Positions 49,647-62,915 of a DNA stretch of 64,000 bases are shown one piece after another. The stretch is from Rhina ancylostomus. Lineage: Eukaryota. Position 1 is the stretch's first letter, and every line of letters begins with the position of its first letter. The notes below the pieces were generated by a model. That model was not told the origin of the DNA and made no database searches. It saw only the letters and a list, made by a program, of their open reading frames with translations. Location of the stretch: contig JARFYF010000001.1 of assembly GCA_030265395.1 (NCBI GenBank), positions 124,749,106 through 124,813,105 of the forward strand, in the 5' to 3' direction. The position numbers and the translations under genes were made by a program.

Positions 49647-49759
49647 CCTAAATATGTAGGCAGCCATCTTACCATCAGTTCTGCCTGAACTCAAGCTAAT
49701 GCAAGATGCAGGCTGATCAAAGGGACAGTGACTGTAACTTGCACCTTAGAAATGATCTG

Positions 49760-50047
49760 AACAGCCTCAGATTAAAAGAATGTCCCTGTAAAACTGAGAT
49801 GAGGAGGAATTTCTTCATCCAGAAGTTGGTGAATTTGTGGAATTCATTGCCACAGAGGGCGGTAGAGGCCAAGTCATTGGGTATATTTAAGGCAGAGGTT
49901 GATAGGTTCTTGATTGGTAAGATGGTTAAGGGTTACGGGGAAATGGAGGGAGAATGGGGGTTGGGAAAAAAATCAGCCATGATTGAATGGCGGAGAGGAC
50001 TCAATGGGCTGAATGGCCTAATTCTACTCCTTTGTCCATGGTCTTAT
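49760..50047 (+). mobile_element. CR1 LINE 3' end (same family as 45730-47581)
   Basis: KTEMRRNFF.Q..VNLWNSLPQRAVEAKSLGIFKAEVDRFLIGK. Confidence 0.9.
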
Positions 50048-50284
50048 GAACAGAAAGGCTGTGATCAATGAAGGGAGAACCCAGGAATCGTTTTGCGTAA
50101 GGCTGACCATTGAACACTGAGGGTGGCAGATGCTGTGTGATGTGACAGTGCAGTTTCCTTAATTGCCATCTCATTTCTGAAACCTGTGCAACATGCTCCT
50201 ATTTTGTTTACTGTAAACAATAAATGTCACAGGTTGCACAGAAAGGGTTCAAGTGAAGGACAAGTGTGGTGTGTGACTTACATT

Positions 50285-50720
50285 CATGCCCTTCGGTCCA
50301 ATTCGTCCCTGCCAACCAGGTTACCTATCTATGATAATCCCATTTGCGTGCATTTGGCCCATATTCCTCTAAACCTTTTCTATCCATCTACCTATCCAAA
50401 TGTTTTTTAAATATTGTAATTGCATCCATCTCTATCACCTCCTCTGGCAACTTGTTCCATGTACCCACCACCCTCTGTGTGAAAAACATCTCCTTAGATC
50501 CCCTTTCAATCGTTCTCCTGTCTCCTTAAACTTATGCGCTTTAGTTTTAGACTTCCATACCCTTGGAGAAAGACTATAACTATCCATTCTATCTATGCCC
50601 CTCATAATTTTATAAAACTCTACAAGGTCACCCCTCAGCCTCCTACGCTCTGGGGAAAACAGCCCCATCTGATCTAGTCTTTCCTTATAGCTTAAGCCTT
50701 CCCATCAAGTCAACATCTCT
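50285..50720 (-). mobile_element. CR1/HER1-like LINE 3' fragment
   Basis: GLFSPERRRLRGDLVEFYKIMRGIDR. Confidence 0.85.
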
Positions 50721-51387
50721 GTGATGTTATTAGGCATGTGACGGACAATGGTCAAACATCAGCCACACTATGAACTGGTGAGCTGGGGGCAACATCCCAT
50801 TTAGTGAGGTTGATGCTAGTATGATTTCCTCTGGGTAAAATTGCCTTCCACTTGATTTGTAGGTACACTAATGGGCCCAATTTCTATGCTATAATGGGAT
50901 TCTGATTTTTACAATTTACTGCCCTTCCCTAATCCCTTGAGAAGGTGATGGTGAGCCACTACCTTGAATCTCTGCAGTCCATCTTGAGAAGGTACTCCCA
51001 CTGCACTACTGGGTAAGGAGATTCATTATTCCCCTTTCCACCTTTCTCAGCACTTGGTGGCAAGCTCAGGAGAGACTTTGACAAAATCCTGCCAGCAGAT
51101 CGGATACTTGCTAGTTAGGCTGAAGAATGGTATTTGATGAGAAAGAATAAAAGAACACGATGATAAAGCAAGACATGGAAACACAGGAGTTAAGGCACTT
51201 TTTGTTCTTTGTGTTCTTGCATTCCTCTGAAAATTTGAAGGCTCATGTCATATCTGCATCAGTATGTTGATTAGAAGTGCCAGAGGCACTGAATGCAAAT
51301 GAGGTAACTGCAGGAAGAAAAGCACGAAAAGTTCTCATGAGAAATTCCATATTCTTCTTCAGTAACTTTACTTTCTGTCCTTTTCAG

Positions 51388-51462
51388 ATTGTATATCTGA
51401 CTCAGTGGTCTGTGTTCAGGGATTCGTTGTACTATACTTTGTCAGTCATTCTGCTTATTGTG
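51388..51462 (+). CDS. SLC24A4: SLC24A4 exon (human exon 7 equivalent), 75 bp, phase 0->0
   Basis: ccttttcag|ATT GTA...ATT GTG|gtaagt; IVYLTQWSVFRDSLYYTLSVILLIV (RDSxYY motif). Confidence 0.95.
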
Positions 51463-51889
51463 GTAAGTGAAAATCTTTGTTCTATTCACTGCTAAATTTT
51501 ACCTCCCAAAACATAAATGCAAGAAATATCACTGATTCCAAATGGCCCTGCCTTACATATTAAGGGTGCATTATCAGTAGTGGTGATATACATGTTGGTC
51601 CAGGTCCAGTTACTGATATCACTGGAATACTGATATGTATAATTGACCATCAAGATAATACTTCAAGATGAAGTCAGTAGAATGCTTACTTTCATAGGTC
51701 ACTGAGAAGGATTTACAAGCCATATCTGCAGGTGTACATTTTGGCACAAACTTTTATGTCATATTTAGACTGGGTTCTATATGTTTATCATACTGATATT
51801 TTATATTAATACCCCTTCTTAATATTATTCTTATCTATTCAGTCACAGCTAGAGAATCACCAGCAGTAAGTTCTTTTCACCCTTCTGCA

Positions 51890-52160
51890 CCGTTCCCTCT
51901 CATGTTCCCTCAGATCTGCCCTTGGTCCTTGGTCTTCTCATCTACATACTTAGCAACATTTCATGAAAACACAGCATCAGTTGCCACATTTACACTGATG
52001 ATACCCTGCTCTGTCTTAGCACCATGCCTTGACCCCTCCACCTTTCTACATTGTCAGACTCCATATCCGTCCTATAGAATTGGATGAGAAGAGGTTTCCT
52101 TCAAATAAGTACAGCAATCATTGCCTTTCAAATTATTCACAAAGTCCATTTCCTACCTAG
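51890..52160 (+). mobile_element. Degenerate L2-like RT fragment
   Basis: gttccctcagatctgcccttggtcc (VPQ.S.LGP-like) and tacactgatgataccctgctc (YADDTQL-like). Confidence 0.5.
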
Positions 52161-52469
52161 ACTCCAACCTTTTCTCTGGCTACTCACTACAATGTCTGTA
52201 GATTCTTCAGTGTTGCTGCTTATGAGGTAGAGCTACTGCCATTACATCCTTTATTGTAGGTGGTTAACTCTAAGCCTAGAGCAGTGACTGCTACAATATC
52301 TCCAAGCCATAATAGATGATACATGTAGTCATTAAACATCCACTGACAATAGACTATGCTGCTTCCCTTTATCCATCAACTATTTACACATATGAAGCTA
52401 TACAATAGGTTTAATATATACAAATATACCGAATGTTATCAAGTCAACCAATTATAATCTACTATAATC

Positions 52470-53170
52470 TGTAGCCTTTGACTTCACAAGTGTGAAGGTG
52501 TGTCAGTTGTCTATGAAGCCCCCACATCAGGTGCCCACAATGTTGGTGAATCACTTGTCCTGCAGGCTGTGTTGGGTCCCAGTGTCTCCTGACCCATGAG
52601 CTGCCCAGTGATAGTTGCATCATAGAATCTGTCCTGTAACTCCAATTCATGCTCATCTTGTACCTGCTGTTCTCAGTCACCACCTTCTTGAATGTCTTGT
52701 GCACATTCTGATTGATCTACTTCTATCATCATCTTCATCACTTGGTTCCTGACTCCCACTTCTTGCAGAATCTCCCCATGGATCCACCTAGCCAATCCCT
52801 CATGCCTTCATGGTTGGAGCTCTCTCACAGTCTTTCCCACCCTCCTTGATCCATTTTTTGTCCTTCACTAGTCTTTGCAGTTTGCACTTCACCAAGCTTG
52901 ACTCTGTCCACAACTAGTGACCCATCAGCTTCAAAGCTCTGGGGAACGCTCTGTGGTGGAGTTGGTGGTGGTCCTGTACATAAGTAGAAGCAAAACAAAC
53001 CAGTGGTTCGTGGATCATTTGATCCTTTGTCTAATAACTGCTGCCCCTCCCAACTGGAAAAACTATCAACATGCACTGTCTGGAAAGGATGACCCAGTCA
53101 CCTCCTTCCTTGCACTGCCACTGTGGTGACTTTGGTGTGCAGTCCTGACGCACCAAGCATGATTTCACCA
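52470..53170 (-). mobile_element. RTE-like LINE 3' fragment
   Basis: Cys/His C-terminal motif (CQHCG..MWGLH) and LINE-like composition; very degenerate. Confidence 0.4.
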
Positions 53171-53199
53171 GAACTTCACTGTTGTCAAAGATCCTAATT

Positions 53200-53661
53200 C
53201 CTAAAAGTAGCAATTCCAGGATTTAGACACAGTGACAAGCAAGGACCAGTGATATATTTCCACATCAAGATGGTGTGCGACTTGGTGGGGAATGTACAGG
53301 TGGGTGGTGCTGCCCCTATCCTTCTTGGTGGTAGATGTTGTAGGATCAGAAGATGCTGTCGGAGTTGGTTGAGTGCAATGGATTTTGCAGTTGTTGTACA
53401 CTGCAGCAACTGTGCACTGGTGATGTGGGGAATTAATGATTAGGGTGATGGACAGGATACCAATCAGGACGGATGGTTTTGAGCTACTTGAAAATCATTG
53501 ATGCTGCACTCATCCAGCCAAATGGAGAGTATTCCACCATGCTCTTGACTTGTACCTTGAAGATAGTGAAAAGGCTTTAGGGCATCATCAGGATACCCAC
53601 CCTCTGACCTGCTCTTGTAGCTGCAGTATTTTTGTGGCTAGTCCATTTGACTTTCTGGTCA
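53200..53661 (-). mobile_element. LINE 3' fragment (CR1/L2 superfamily)
   Basis: Shares blocks with 1860-2160, 7920-8170, 8930-9185 and 50900-51030. Confidence 0.55.
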
Positions 53662-54330
53662 NNNNNNNNNNNNNNNNNNNNNNNNNNNNNNNNNNNNNNN
53701 NNNNNNNNNNNNNNNNNNNNNNNNNNNNNNNNNNNNNNNNNNNNNNNNNNNNNNNNNNNNNTTTCCTGGGCATGCATAACAATTTTTTTGTTCTATTTGT
53801 ATGGCAAATGGCAGAATTGGCTCATATCTATCATCCTCACTGTTCTATCTGCCACTTCTACTGCCTACCATCATCACCATCTACCATAGAACCCTGCTGT
53901 ATATATACTGTTCTGCTAGTCCTCCAATCAGCAACATTACAACTTGTCGCCAATATCTCATGCGATGTTGATATCATATTGTGTCTATAGTCTTGCTGCT
54001 TGTTAAAGCAAATAGAAGAGGTCGTGCTGCTAACAAAGCATTCTTTATTAAAGGCTGCAAGCTCCCAAGTAATACTATGTAGCACACTCAGTTTTTAAAG
54101 CTATCTTCAAGGTATATACACAAACCTGGCTGAGATTAAACCATCTGCTCATAAACAGAATCAATTTTCACTTGGAGGTGAGCTGCAGATCCACACCATT
54201 ATGATTGTCAATTCCAGCTTCACCCTGACTCAGCCTAGCTGCTGGTGAAACCCTCAACTATACCTTTGTTACCTCTATTTCTGACCAGCCTACCAAGTCA
54301 TCCAAAACTGCACGTGCAGTAACCCACAAA

Positions 54331-54439
54331 TGTCATGGTTCTGAGTTCTGGTCCTCAATTTGGCTCCATCAATGCCTTGTCGTCCAGCACATGGATTCCA
54401 TGTTGGACTGATTAGATACCAATACACACCTGAGCCCCA
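54331..54439 (+). mobile_element. LTR of the chromovirus family (5' part; remainder in gap)
   Basis: tgtcatggttctgagttctgg... differs from the reverse complement of ~40722-40830 at only about 6 positions. Confidence 0.85.
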
Positions 54440-57400
54440 NNNNNNNNNNNNNNNNNNNNNNNNNNNNNNNNNNNNNNNNNNNNNNNNNNNNNNNNNNNNN
54501 NNNNNNNNNNNNNNNNNNNNNNNNNNNNNNNNNNNNNNNNNNNNNNNNNNNNNNNNNNNNNNNNNNNNNNNNNNNNNNNNNNNNNNNNNNNNNNNNNNNN
54601 NNNNNNNNNNNNNNNNNNNNNNNNNNNNNNNNNNNNNNNNNNNNNNNNNNNNNNNNNNNNNNNNNNNNNNNNNNNNNNNNNNNNNNNNNNNNNNNNNNNN
54701 NNNNNNNNNNNNNNNNNNNNNNNNNNNNNNNNNNNNNNNNNNNNNNNNNNNNNNNNNNNNNNNNNNNNNNNNNNNNNNNNNNNNNNNNNNNNNNNNNNNN
54801 NNNNNNNNNNNNNNNNNNNNNNNNNNNNNNNNNNNNNNNNNNNNNNNNNNNNNNNNNNNNNNNNNNNNNNNNNNNNNNNNNNNNNNNNNNNNNNNNNNNN
54901 NNNNNNNNNNNNNNNNNNNNNNNNNNNNNNNNNNNNNNNNNNNNNNNNNNNNNNNNNNNNNNNNNNNNNNNNNNNNNNNNNNNNNNNNNNNNNNNNNNNN
55001 NNNNNNNNNNNNNNNNNNNNNNNNNNNNNNNNNNNNNNNNNNNNNNNNNNNNNNNNNNNNNNNNNNNNNNNNNNNNNNNNNNNNNNNNNNNNNNNNNNNN
55101 NNNNNNNNNNNNNNNNNNNNNNNNNNNNNNNNNNNNNNNNNNNNNNNNNNNNNNNNNNNNNNNNNNNNNNNNNNNNNNNNNTTGTCATATAATGCTTGAA
55201 ATCCATACAACAAAGTTGACAATCTTCCAATACTTAATTTGTGCCACCTCCACTCATGTCACAATGGAGTTTATTAAATGCCGTGGCAAAGCGTTTGTCA
55301 ACATCCTGACAAACGTGGCCATTTACGCTGCCCAATGATAGACATGTTGCAACGAACTGGGAGTCCTCAAAACATTCTTGTTGGCTTTCAACTTGCCCAA
55401 TTATGCCTTTCATTGGACCTCACTAGCGTGTTTAGAACTCATTTTTACATCCCTGTGCAAATGTAATGCAGTTTCAGTGGTGGATGAGGTGCAGAGATGC
55501 ACACCCCAAGTTCATTCGTGTTTCTGAGACTGAGACCGTTAATCATCCTGAAGATCGTGACGTCCTGGAGAACTAAAGGTTAATATCTCTTAGTTTTGTG
55601 ATGCCACAGGAGAAAGTAAAACTTGTAAGCTTTTGATGTCTCAGGATTAGCTAGGAAAAATTGCCAGCACGGGGAAATAAGTGACAGGGAAGACATCAAG
55701 CGTGAGCTGTTAAAATACAGCTTCAGTGACCTGTGTAGCAAGGGGATCCATTAACTGTGGGATAGAAAAATAGCAGATAGTTATCCACATTTTCAAAGGA
55801 TTTGAGAATAGGTAAGTTATGAAGACTCCTTGGGAGAAGTGTCTGTGACGAAGATAACAATAGCTGCTTTCAAAGGATTCAGCAACAGCTACATCAGGAG
55901 GACTCATGGTAACATTGATACGTGGAAAATGAGGTGTACAAAGATACAGCAGCAGAGTTTCACAGCTAGAAGCAGAAATGAAAAGCCACTCGCTGTGTAT
56001 ACTTAGCATAGGTAATTACTAGTCCATCAGCCTGTATATGAAAAAAGTCTATTCTTTTAAATTTTCTATCAAAGCATGTTATCGAAAACCGTCAAAGGAA
56101 GGAGGTCAAGTCACAGATGACTGATGGCCATGAGAAGCTGGTATATTCCTCTGAGTTCTATATAAATAACTGGGACCAATGCTGGGTCATGTCCCACAGT
56201 AGTGTACTACCAACCCCTCACCCTTCTTACCTTTCCTCACACCTAACCTTAACTAAGTCACTGTGATAGAAGGGATACTCCACAGCCCATATTTAACTGA
56301 GCCTAAAATTGCAGCAGCTGAAACCCATGGGCTGCCTCTGGGCACTGATTTCAGCATGCAGAGTTGGTTTTACCTCTGCTAACCATTTTTGACCTCCAGT
56401 TTCCTTATTCTTTGTGCTTATGTACAAAATAATAACTAGATTCAGCTTAACAATACATCTTTGAGAAATGGTTCACCACTGATGTATCTGCAGCCACCTT
56501 GCACTGGTGTTCCTATTCATGTAAGATGATTGGTATTCATATCCATATATGGTAATGTGATATAATTGACAGCTATCACCAAATGTAACAGTGCAAGATA
56601 ATCAACAGCATTTGCTTCAACATTTTACTTTTCATTTGAAACTAACATTTCACCTTATATGTGATTAATTCATGAAAAGGATGGTGATGCAAGGAGAAAG
56701 ATAATGAGAGGACCTATAAATGATCATAGCCAAATCTATTGAAGTAACTGGGAGAAGTAATTGTGATCTGAAATTTTTGAACTCATTATTGAGGCTAGAA
56801 GACTATAATGTGGCTATAATGTGGCTAACCAGAAGATGAAGTGCTTTTCCTGAAGGTGGTCCAGTTTTAGTGAACAGCTTCTGCACTGATTTGGTCACTT
56901 CTCTGTTTTAATGTGTGTGCAAACTGGAGAAAATTCTTCCAGCTTCAAAATTTGCATGAATTTTATCAGAAAGCTTGTAATTATTATCCTTATAAGTGCT
57001 TAGGAGTTAGAAGAGCTGCAGCCAGTGACAATTGACATCAGGGGAAGTAAATGTTCTCTTTTGCTGGAAAAAGCCAACAAGCATATTTCATCAATCCTTG
57101 AAACATCAGTTGTATTGTATTATCACCTATATTATCACCTTTATCACCTTGTATTGTCCTATATAATAGGACATATTATAGTGTCCTAGTCATTATAGTG
57201 CCAGAGTGAATGCCTTTCTGTAGATCCAAGATAGAGGGCTTACTCTCCTTCCCAGGGGAAAGAAATTCTTTTCTGGAATTTAAAGGCTTTATTGCCTCAA
57301 ATTTATTGATGAAAAATAAATGAATCTCCAGCAAATGGAATGGATTGCACAAAAATTGCTAATTCTACTAGGCTATAACCACATGTGTAATATATCCTGC

Positions 57401-57589
57401 AAGCCTATGAATAATTCTTTCTATAATTTAGGTTCTCAAAATGGATGTTAGTCTGATGCATGGCTTCCCACCAAGCGACTATTGATTAGCTTGGCCCAAT
57501 AGTAATCAGAGCAAGATCCCTATGAAAGTCTTCACTTCTCTACCCAAAAAACAAAGAGCAATGATTAAATCACTGAAATCGTCAATGGG

Positions 57590-57765
57590 GCAAAAACAGG
57601 AAATACTGAAAATGTGTAGCAAGTTAGGCAACATCTCTAAAGTGAGAAATGGAGTTAGTATTTCAGCTCAGTGGCTCTCATTGGTATTCTCTACAGAAGC
57701 AGTTTGGCCCTTTGAGCATTTCCACCAATATCTGTTTTCAGTCAGACTTTCAATATCCAGAAATT
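57590..57765. mobile_element. Degenerate palindromic Penelope-type element
   Basis: aaatactgaaaatgtgtagcaagttaggcaacatct ... agaagcagtttggccctttgagcattttccacca. Confidence 0.5.
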
Positions 57766-58107
57766 AGCCAATATACCAATATCCAATATGCCAGTTAGTA
57801 ATGTCATTCGAAATTGGTATTTTCAGGAAGCAAATGTGTGAGCTCACTTCATCAAACTGCTTTACATCATTAAAGGAAACATTCAGCCTGTCAGGTTCTA
57901 TGTAACAGCAATCCAGCTGGCCCCACTCTCCTGCCTCCTCTCCATGGTCACGTCAACTGTTTCCTTTCAGATACTTATTAAGCTGCAATTAAATCTGCCT
58001 CCATCACTACCCATTGCACGTCATCCACACCTCCACACCATAACCACTCATTGCATACATTATTTTTCCTTATGTCACTTTTAATTCTGCTGCTGATTAC
58101 CTAAATT

Positions 58108-58672
58108 AGAGCATAGAACAGTATGGCACAGGAACAGGCTCTTTGGCCCACAATGTTGTGCAAAACTAATTAAACCAATAATTAAATGCCTAACTAATCC
58201 GTTCTGCCTACACAATGTCCATGCCTCTCCATTCTCTGTTCATTCATGTGCCTATCTAAGAGCCCCTTAAATGCCTCTATATTATTTGCCCCAGCTACTG
58301 CCCCTGACAGTACATTCCAGGCACCCACTACACTCTGTGTAAAAACGCTTGCCCCACACATTTCTTTTGAATTTACCCCCTCTCATCTTAAGTGCATGCC
58401 CTCTAGTATTAGACATTTCGACCCTGAGAAAAAGATACCAGCTGTCTATCTATACCTCTTGTAATCTTAGAAACTTCTTTCAGGTCTCCCCTCAGCCTCC
58501 ACCGCTCCAGAGAAAACAACCCAAGTTTGTTCAACTTCACCTTACAGCACATGCCCTCTAATCCAGGCAGCATCCTGGTAAACCTCTTTTGCACCCTCTC
58601 CAATGCCTCCACATCCTTCTTACCAGAAATGGGTGACCAGAACTGAATGCAATACTCCAGATGCAGCCTAAC
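58108..58672 (-). mobile_element. CR1/HER1-like LINE 3' fragment nested in an older CR1 relic (~57890-59060)
   Basis: ALERVQKRFTRMLPGLEG...KLGLFSLERWRLRGDL. Confidence 0.9.
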
Positions 58673-60849
58673 NNNNNNNNNNNNNNNNNNNNNNNNNNNN
58701 NNNNNNNNNNNNNNNNNNNNNNNNNNNNNNNNNNNNNNNNNNNNNNNNNNATGCTTTCTTTAGAACAAATTCTATGTCCTTATTGTCAGTGTGAACAATT
58801 TCTCTCTATTTAGACTGTACCCAAGATTTTAAAAATCTCTCCTTGCAATTGCTTCTGTTCCAAGGAGAGCAACCTAGCTTCCTTGGTCTATCCACATAAT
58901 CCCTAAAAACATTTTAGTAAATCTATTGTACCCTCTCTAAAACACTTAGATTTTTTTCTAAAGCATGGCACCCAATCCTGAACGCACGCTTTAGTGTGAC
59001 TGAACCAGTGTTTATAAAGGTTCGTCATGACTATTTATACTCTATGCTAGTATTTATAAATCCTCTTTCTTGGTAAAGAAGCTCAAAGTGAAGAGGAATA
59101 ATTTTAAATCGAGGAACTTACCACATGGGCAGCCATCTTATAACAATACATCTCTTGGAGAGGCTGTGAAGACTAACTTAAAATTAAGAAAATTACAAAG
59201 AATTAGAGTTAATCTTATAACTGGGGTTTGCATCACAAAGCAAGATTACATGCAATTAGGGCCAAAGTGAACAGTCCTGGTAAGATGCTTTGCCCAGCAG
59301 CAATATACACCAGGAATCTCTGGATGTGCTGAAATGGCATCTCAATGCTTCCAGAGGATGAGCTTCTGAGCCAAAAACTCATATGCAGAAAATTAGTCCA
59401 ATTCTGCATATTCCAGTACAAAATTAATGCACATTTTATTATTTTCTTAACTAGAAATTGGTCATGAAGCTGCTCTGTGATATAGGTTTATCCTAATAAT
59501 ATTTGTATTTTCTCTTCATTTTATACACAGCTGTGTTAAAAATGTGAAATTCCCATTCCACAAGGCTCTATGTATTTGGCTTAAAAAGTTCACTCTTCAC
59601 ATACGCAGACTTGGACACTGGAAATCTTTTTGACTGCCTTAAATTTGGGTAGTTATACACTGAGCTGTCAAAAAGATAGCTGGAAACTTGCAGAACATCT
59701 CCATGGCAGATTATCAATAACTAGCAAGTTCTTTTGGGACTTCACACTAAACTCTACATGACAATGATTAGAAGGAAATTAATTCCTAAGGACAGAGTTA
59801 AAGTGAGTGATCCAAACCTTTGCCAGCAGTGAAAGTACAATGAACTGACACTTGCTTTATAGCAATACATATCATCTTGATAAGAAGTTGTAATAAATAT
59901 AGAATATAGATTGGTAGATCAGTAAAGTATTTTTAAAGTATTGANNNNNNNNNNGCCAAGCCTTTACATGTCAAGTAGAGCAGAAAAATTTGAATAAATT
60001 TTATGAAAGAATCATGAAGATTGAAACCGTAAAAACAAAAATAATGTCTAAAATTGGTGTGGGTGGTTGCAAGTTCTAACAATTATGTTTAGAATATTTC
60101 TTATGAAATGTTGTCTTTTGATTAAATGTCTGGAAAAGAAAGAGATAACTTCCAAATATATCACATCTATCATAATGTTTTTAAAGATCTTTACAGCTCG
60201 TGAAATATTTTTGAAAAATTATCACTATTGGACAAATATGAATGTGCCATAATCAACAATAAAATGATAACCTGCTTTAATCATGTTGACTAAATGATCA
60301 GGAATAGGACAACAGGAATAACCTTCCTGGGCCTCTTCCTATAGTATAGCAGGGCAATCTTATGCCCCTCTGCAAACTGGTTCTCATTTTATCCAAAAGA
60401 TATCACTCAGAAGGGATGGTTAGCTTTGACAGTGATACGTGCTGATCTGCTCCGGATTCTATTCCCCTTGTATTTAAATCCTATGCTCTTCTTTCTTGTT
60501 TCATTTCTATTTAAGTCTGTTTCATTTCTCTCGTCTCAATACTATCTGGGTTCTATTATATGATGTCCCTGCCTGAGAGCAGAAGCATTCAGACCAGGAA
60601 CTACTGGAAGATCAGTTTCAGCCTTGGTGGGCATCTCATCTGGTTATATAAAGGGGAAGTTACTTAACTAGTCATATCAGGGGCTGTCAGTCAAGGAAGT
60701 TTGGGTTTGAACCAGTGACCACAATGTAAAATGAATCTCAGAATGACAGCAATTTAAAATATTTAATGTTCAATTGATTTTTTAGCTAAGTGACATGAGA
60801 AGGAGTCACAAGGTTAGTGAAATTATTTAATTACTTTCTTTTCTTGCAG

Positions 60850-60875
60850 TTCATGTATGATGAGAAAATTGATTG
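60850..60875 (+). CDS. SLC24A4: SLC24A4 26-bp micro-exon (human exon 8 equivalent), phase 0->2
   Basis: ttctttcttgcag|TTC ATG TAT GAT GAG AAA ATT GAT TG|gtaagt; FMYDEKID(W), compare human FIYDEQIVW. Confidence 0.92.
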
Positions 60876-60994
60876 GTAAGTAGTATGAATCAATAATTAT
60901 CTTCAAAGTTTTAATGTGGGATGATGTAGCTATAAATTACTGACAATATCATGGAGTTAAACTTTACTAATCAAAGGAGCCTGAGTTTTCACAC

Positions 60995-61630
60995 AATAGA
61001 GTCATACAGCACAGAAACAGGCCCTTCTAATCCATGTCTTCCTGAACTGGTTCTGTTTGCCTGCATTTGGCCCATAGCCTTTTCTGTCCATGTCCCTATC
61101 CAAATAGCTTTTAAACATTGTAAGGGTAGCCACCTCGACATCTTCCTCTGGTAGTTCACTCTCACTCTGTATATGAACCACCCTCTGTGTGAAAAAGTTG
61201 CCCCTCAGGTCCCCTTTGAATTTTTCCCCTCTCATCTTAAATCTATGCCCTCTATTTTTAGACTCCCTTACCCTGGGAAAAAGACTGTGACCATCCACTT
61301 TATCTACACCCATCATGATTCTATATACCTCGATAAGATCACCCCTCAACCTCCTGTGCTCCAGGGAGAAAAGTCCCAGCCTATTAAGCATCTCCTTATA
61401 ACTCAAGACCTCCAGACTTGGTAACATCCTCGTGAATCTTTACTACACCATTTCCAGCTTAATGACATCCTTCCTATTGCTGGGTGACCAGACATGCATA
61501 CAATACTCCAAGTGCAGTCTCATCAATGACTTGTACAATTGTAACGTCATACCCCAATTCCTCTACTCACTGCCCTGACTCATGAAGGCAATCATGCTAA
61601 CTGTCTTCTTCACCACCCTGTCTGCCTGTA
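60995..61630 (-). mobile_element. CR1/HER1-like LINE 3' fragment
   Basis: LNRLGLFSLEHRRLRGDLIEVYRIM.GVDKVD...RGNFFTQRVV. Confidence 0.9.
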
Positions 61631-62280
61631 TCACATAATAGTGGCATGCAATACATCAATAACAATATGCAAATACAGCTTTGATTTTTTTTTCTTTTCT
61701 AGGCAATGAGCAAGCTAGTGTTAAAACATATATGCCTTGTGATTAAAGCTCAATTATTGTCTATTAAGTAGTATTAATAACATGGCTTGTTATGATTATG
61801 ACATTGTGTTCTGCCACAAAATGATAACATGAATGTTTAATCCAGCATGTCAAATTTTGAAACTCTGGTGGGCCAATATGGGGATGTGCTAAGTGATGAT
61901 CAGGCACTTCGCCATGAATATGGTGATTCATCTCAGGTGCTCTCTCATGTGTCCCAGCATTTGGCTACAGAGCAATACCAACTGGGCCCTTGAATAGTTT
62001 AACTGTTTGCTTTCACAACTGGGAAAGTTTTCTCAGTGTTTTGAGTGCTTATGGCATTGGTATCAATCCTCAGGCTCAGATTTCTGGTGTTCACAGAGCA
62101 AGAATATAAGGGGTTATGTAACTATAAAAACAATTTGGTATTAAAATTGATCATTCCCATAAATGTCTCCAAGCTGATTGTTTCAAAGGGTGCTTTCACT
62201 TAATCTACATATTCTTTGCTGTATTATGTATTGTTCCTGTTTCATTTCCTAACCACGGATATCCTGTTTACTTCTTTGAG

Positions 62281-62334
62281 GTGGGAAGGCCTTATCCTGA
62301 TCCTAGTGTATGCAGGCTATATACTTGTGATGAA
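62281..62334 (+). CDS. SLC24A4: SLC24A4 exon (human exon 9 equivalent), 54 bp, phase 2->2
   Basis: cttctttgag|G TGG GAA GGC...ATG AA|gtaagt; (W)WEGLILILVYAGYILVM(K), compare human WEGLVLIILYVFYILIMK. Confidence 0.93.
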
Positions 62335-62646
62335 GTAAGTGTTCAAATTATTTGGTTTGCTTATTATCCATACTTATGCAAGATATGATGATGTTGCAAG
62401 GAGTATAATTTGTCAAAGAATTTGTTCTTTTTTCTTTACTCCCTCTAAACCAGGAATGCTCCATGCCGTCATTCTCAGCTCATTACAGGTACATTAAAAA
62501 CATATAGCAATAATCCCAAAACATTGTACAAAGAACAAGACAGCTATTGTCAAATTGAAAGTATTTACGCATTACTAAGCATAAAAGAAAAAAGATAAAT
62601 AAAAGGAAAATTAAACAATATTTTACAGCACTATGTTGAATCTTCT

Positions 62647-62915
62647 ATTGGTATTGGTTTATTATTGTCACTTGTACTGAGGTACAGTGAAAAGTTTGTC
62701 TAACTAACCAATCGTACAGGTCAATTCATTACACAGTGCAGTTACATTGAGTCAGTACAGAGTGCATTAATGTGTTACAGGTAAAAACAATAACAGTACA
62801 GAATAAAGTGTCACAGCTACAGAGAAAGTGCAGTGCAATAAGGTGCGAGGCCACAACAGGGTAGATCATTAGATCATAGTCCATCTCATTGTATAAGGGA
62901 ATTGTTCAATAGTGT
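62647..62915 (-). mobile_element. Rex1/Babar-like 3' UTR
   Basis: attggtattggtttattattgtcac tail; aataaggtgcgaggccacaacagggtagat matches 1-60. Confidence 0.7.

Noticed and set aside
30235-62334. Assignment to SLC24A3 or SLC24A5
   Set aside because: The residues AIHEFP, NKERQHG, ITHGDVG and WEGL fit SLC24A4.
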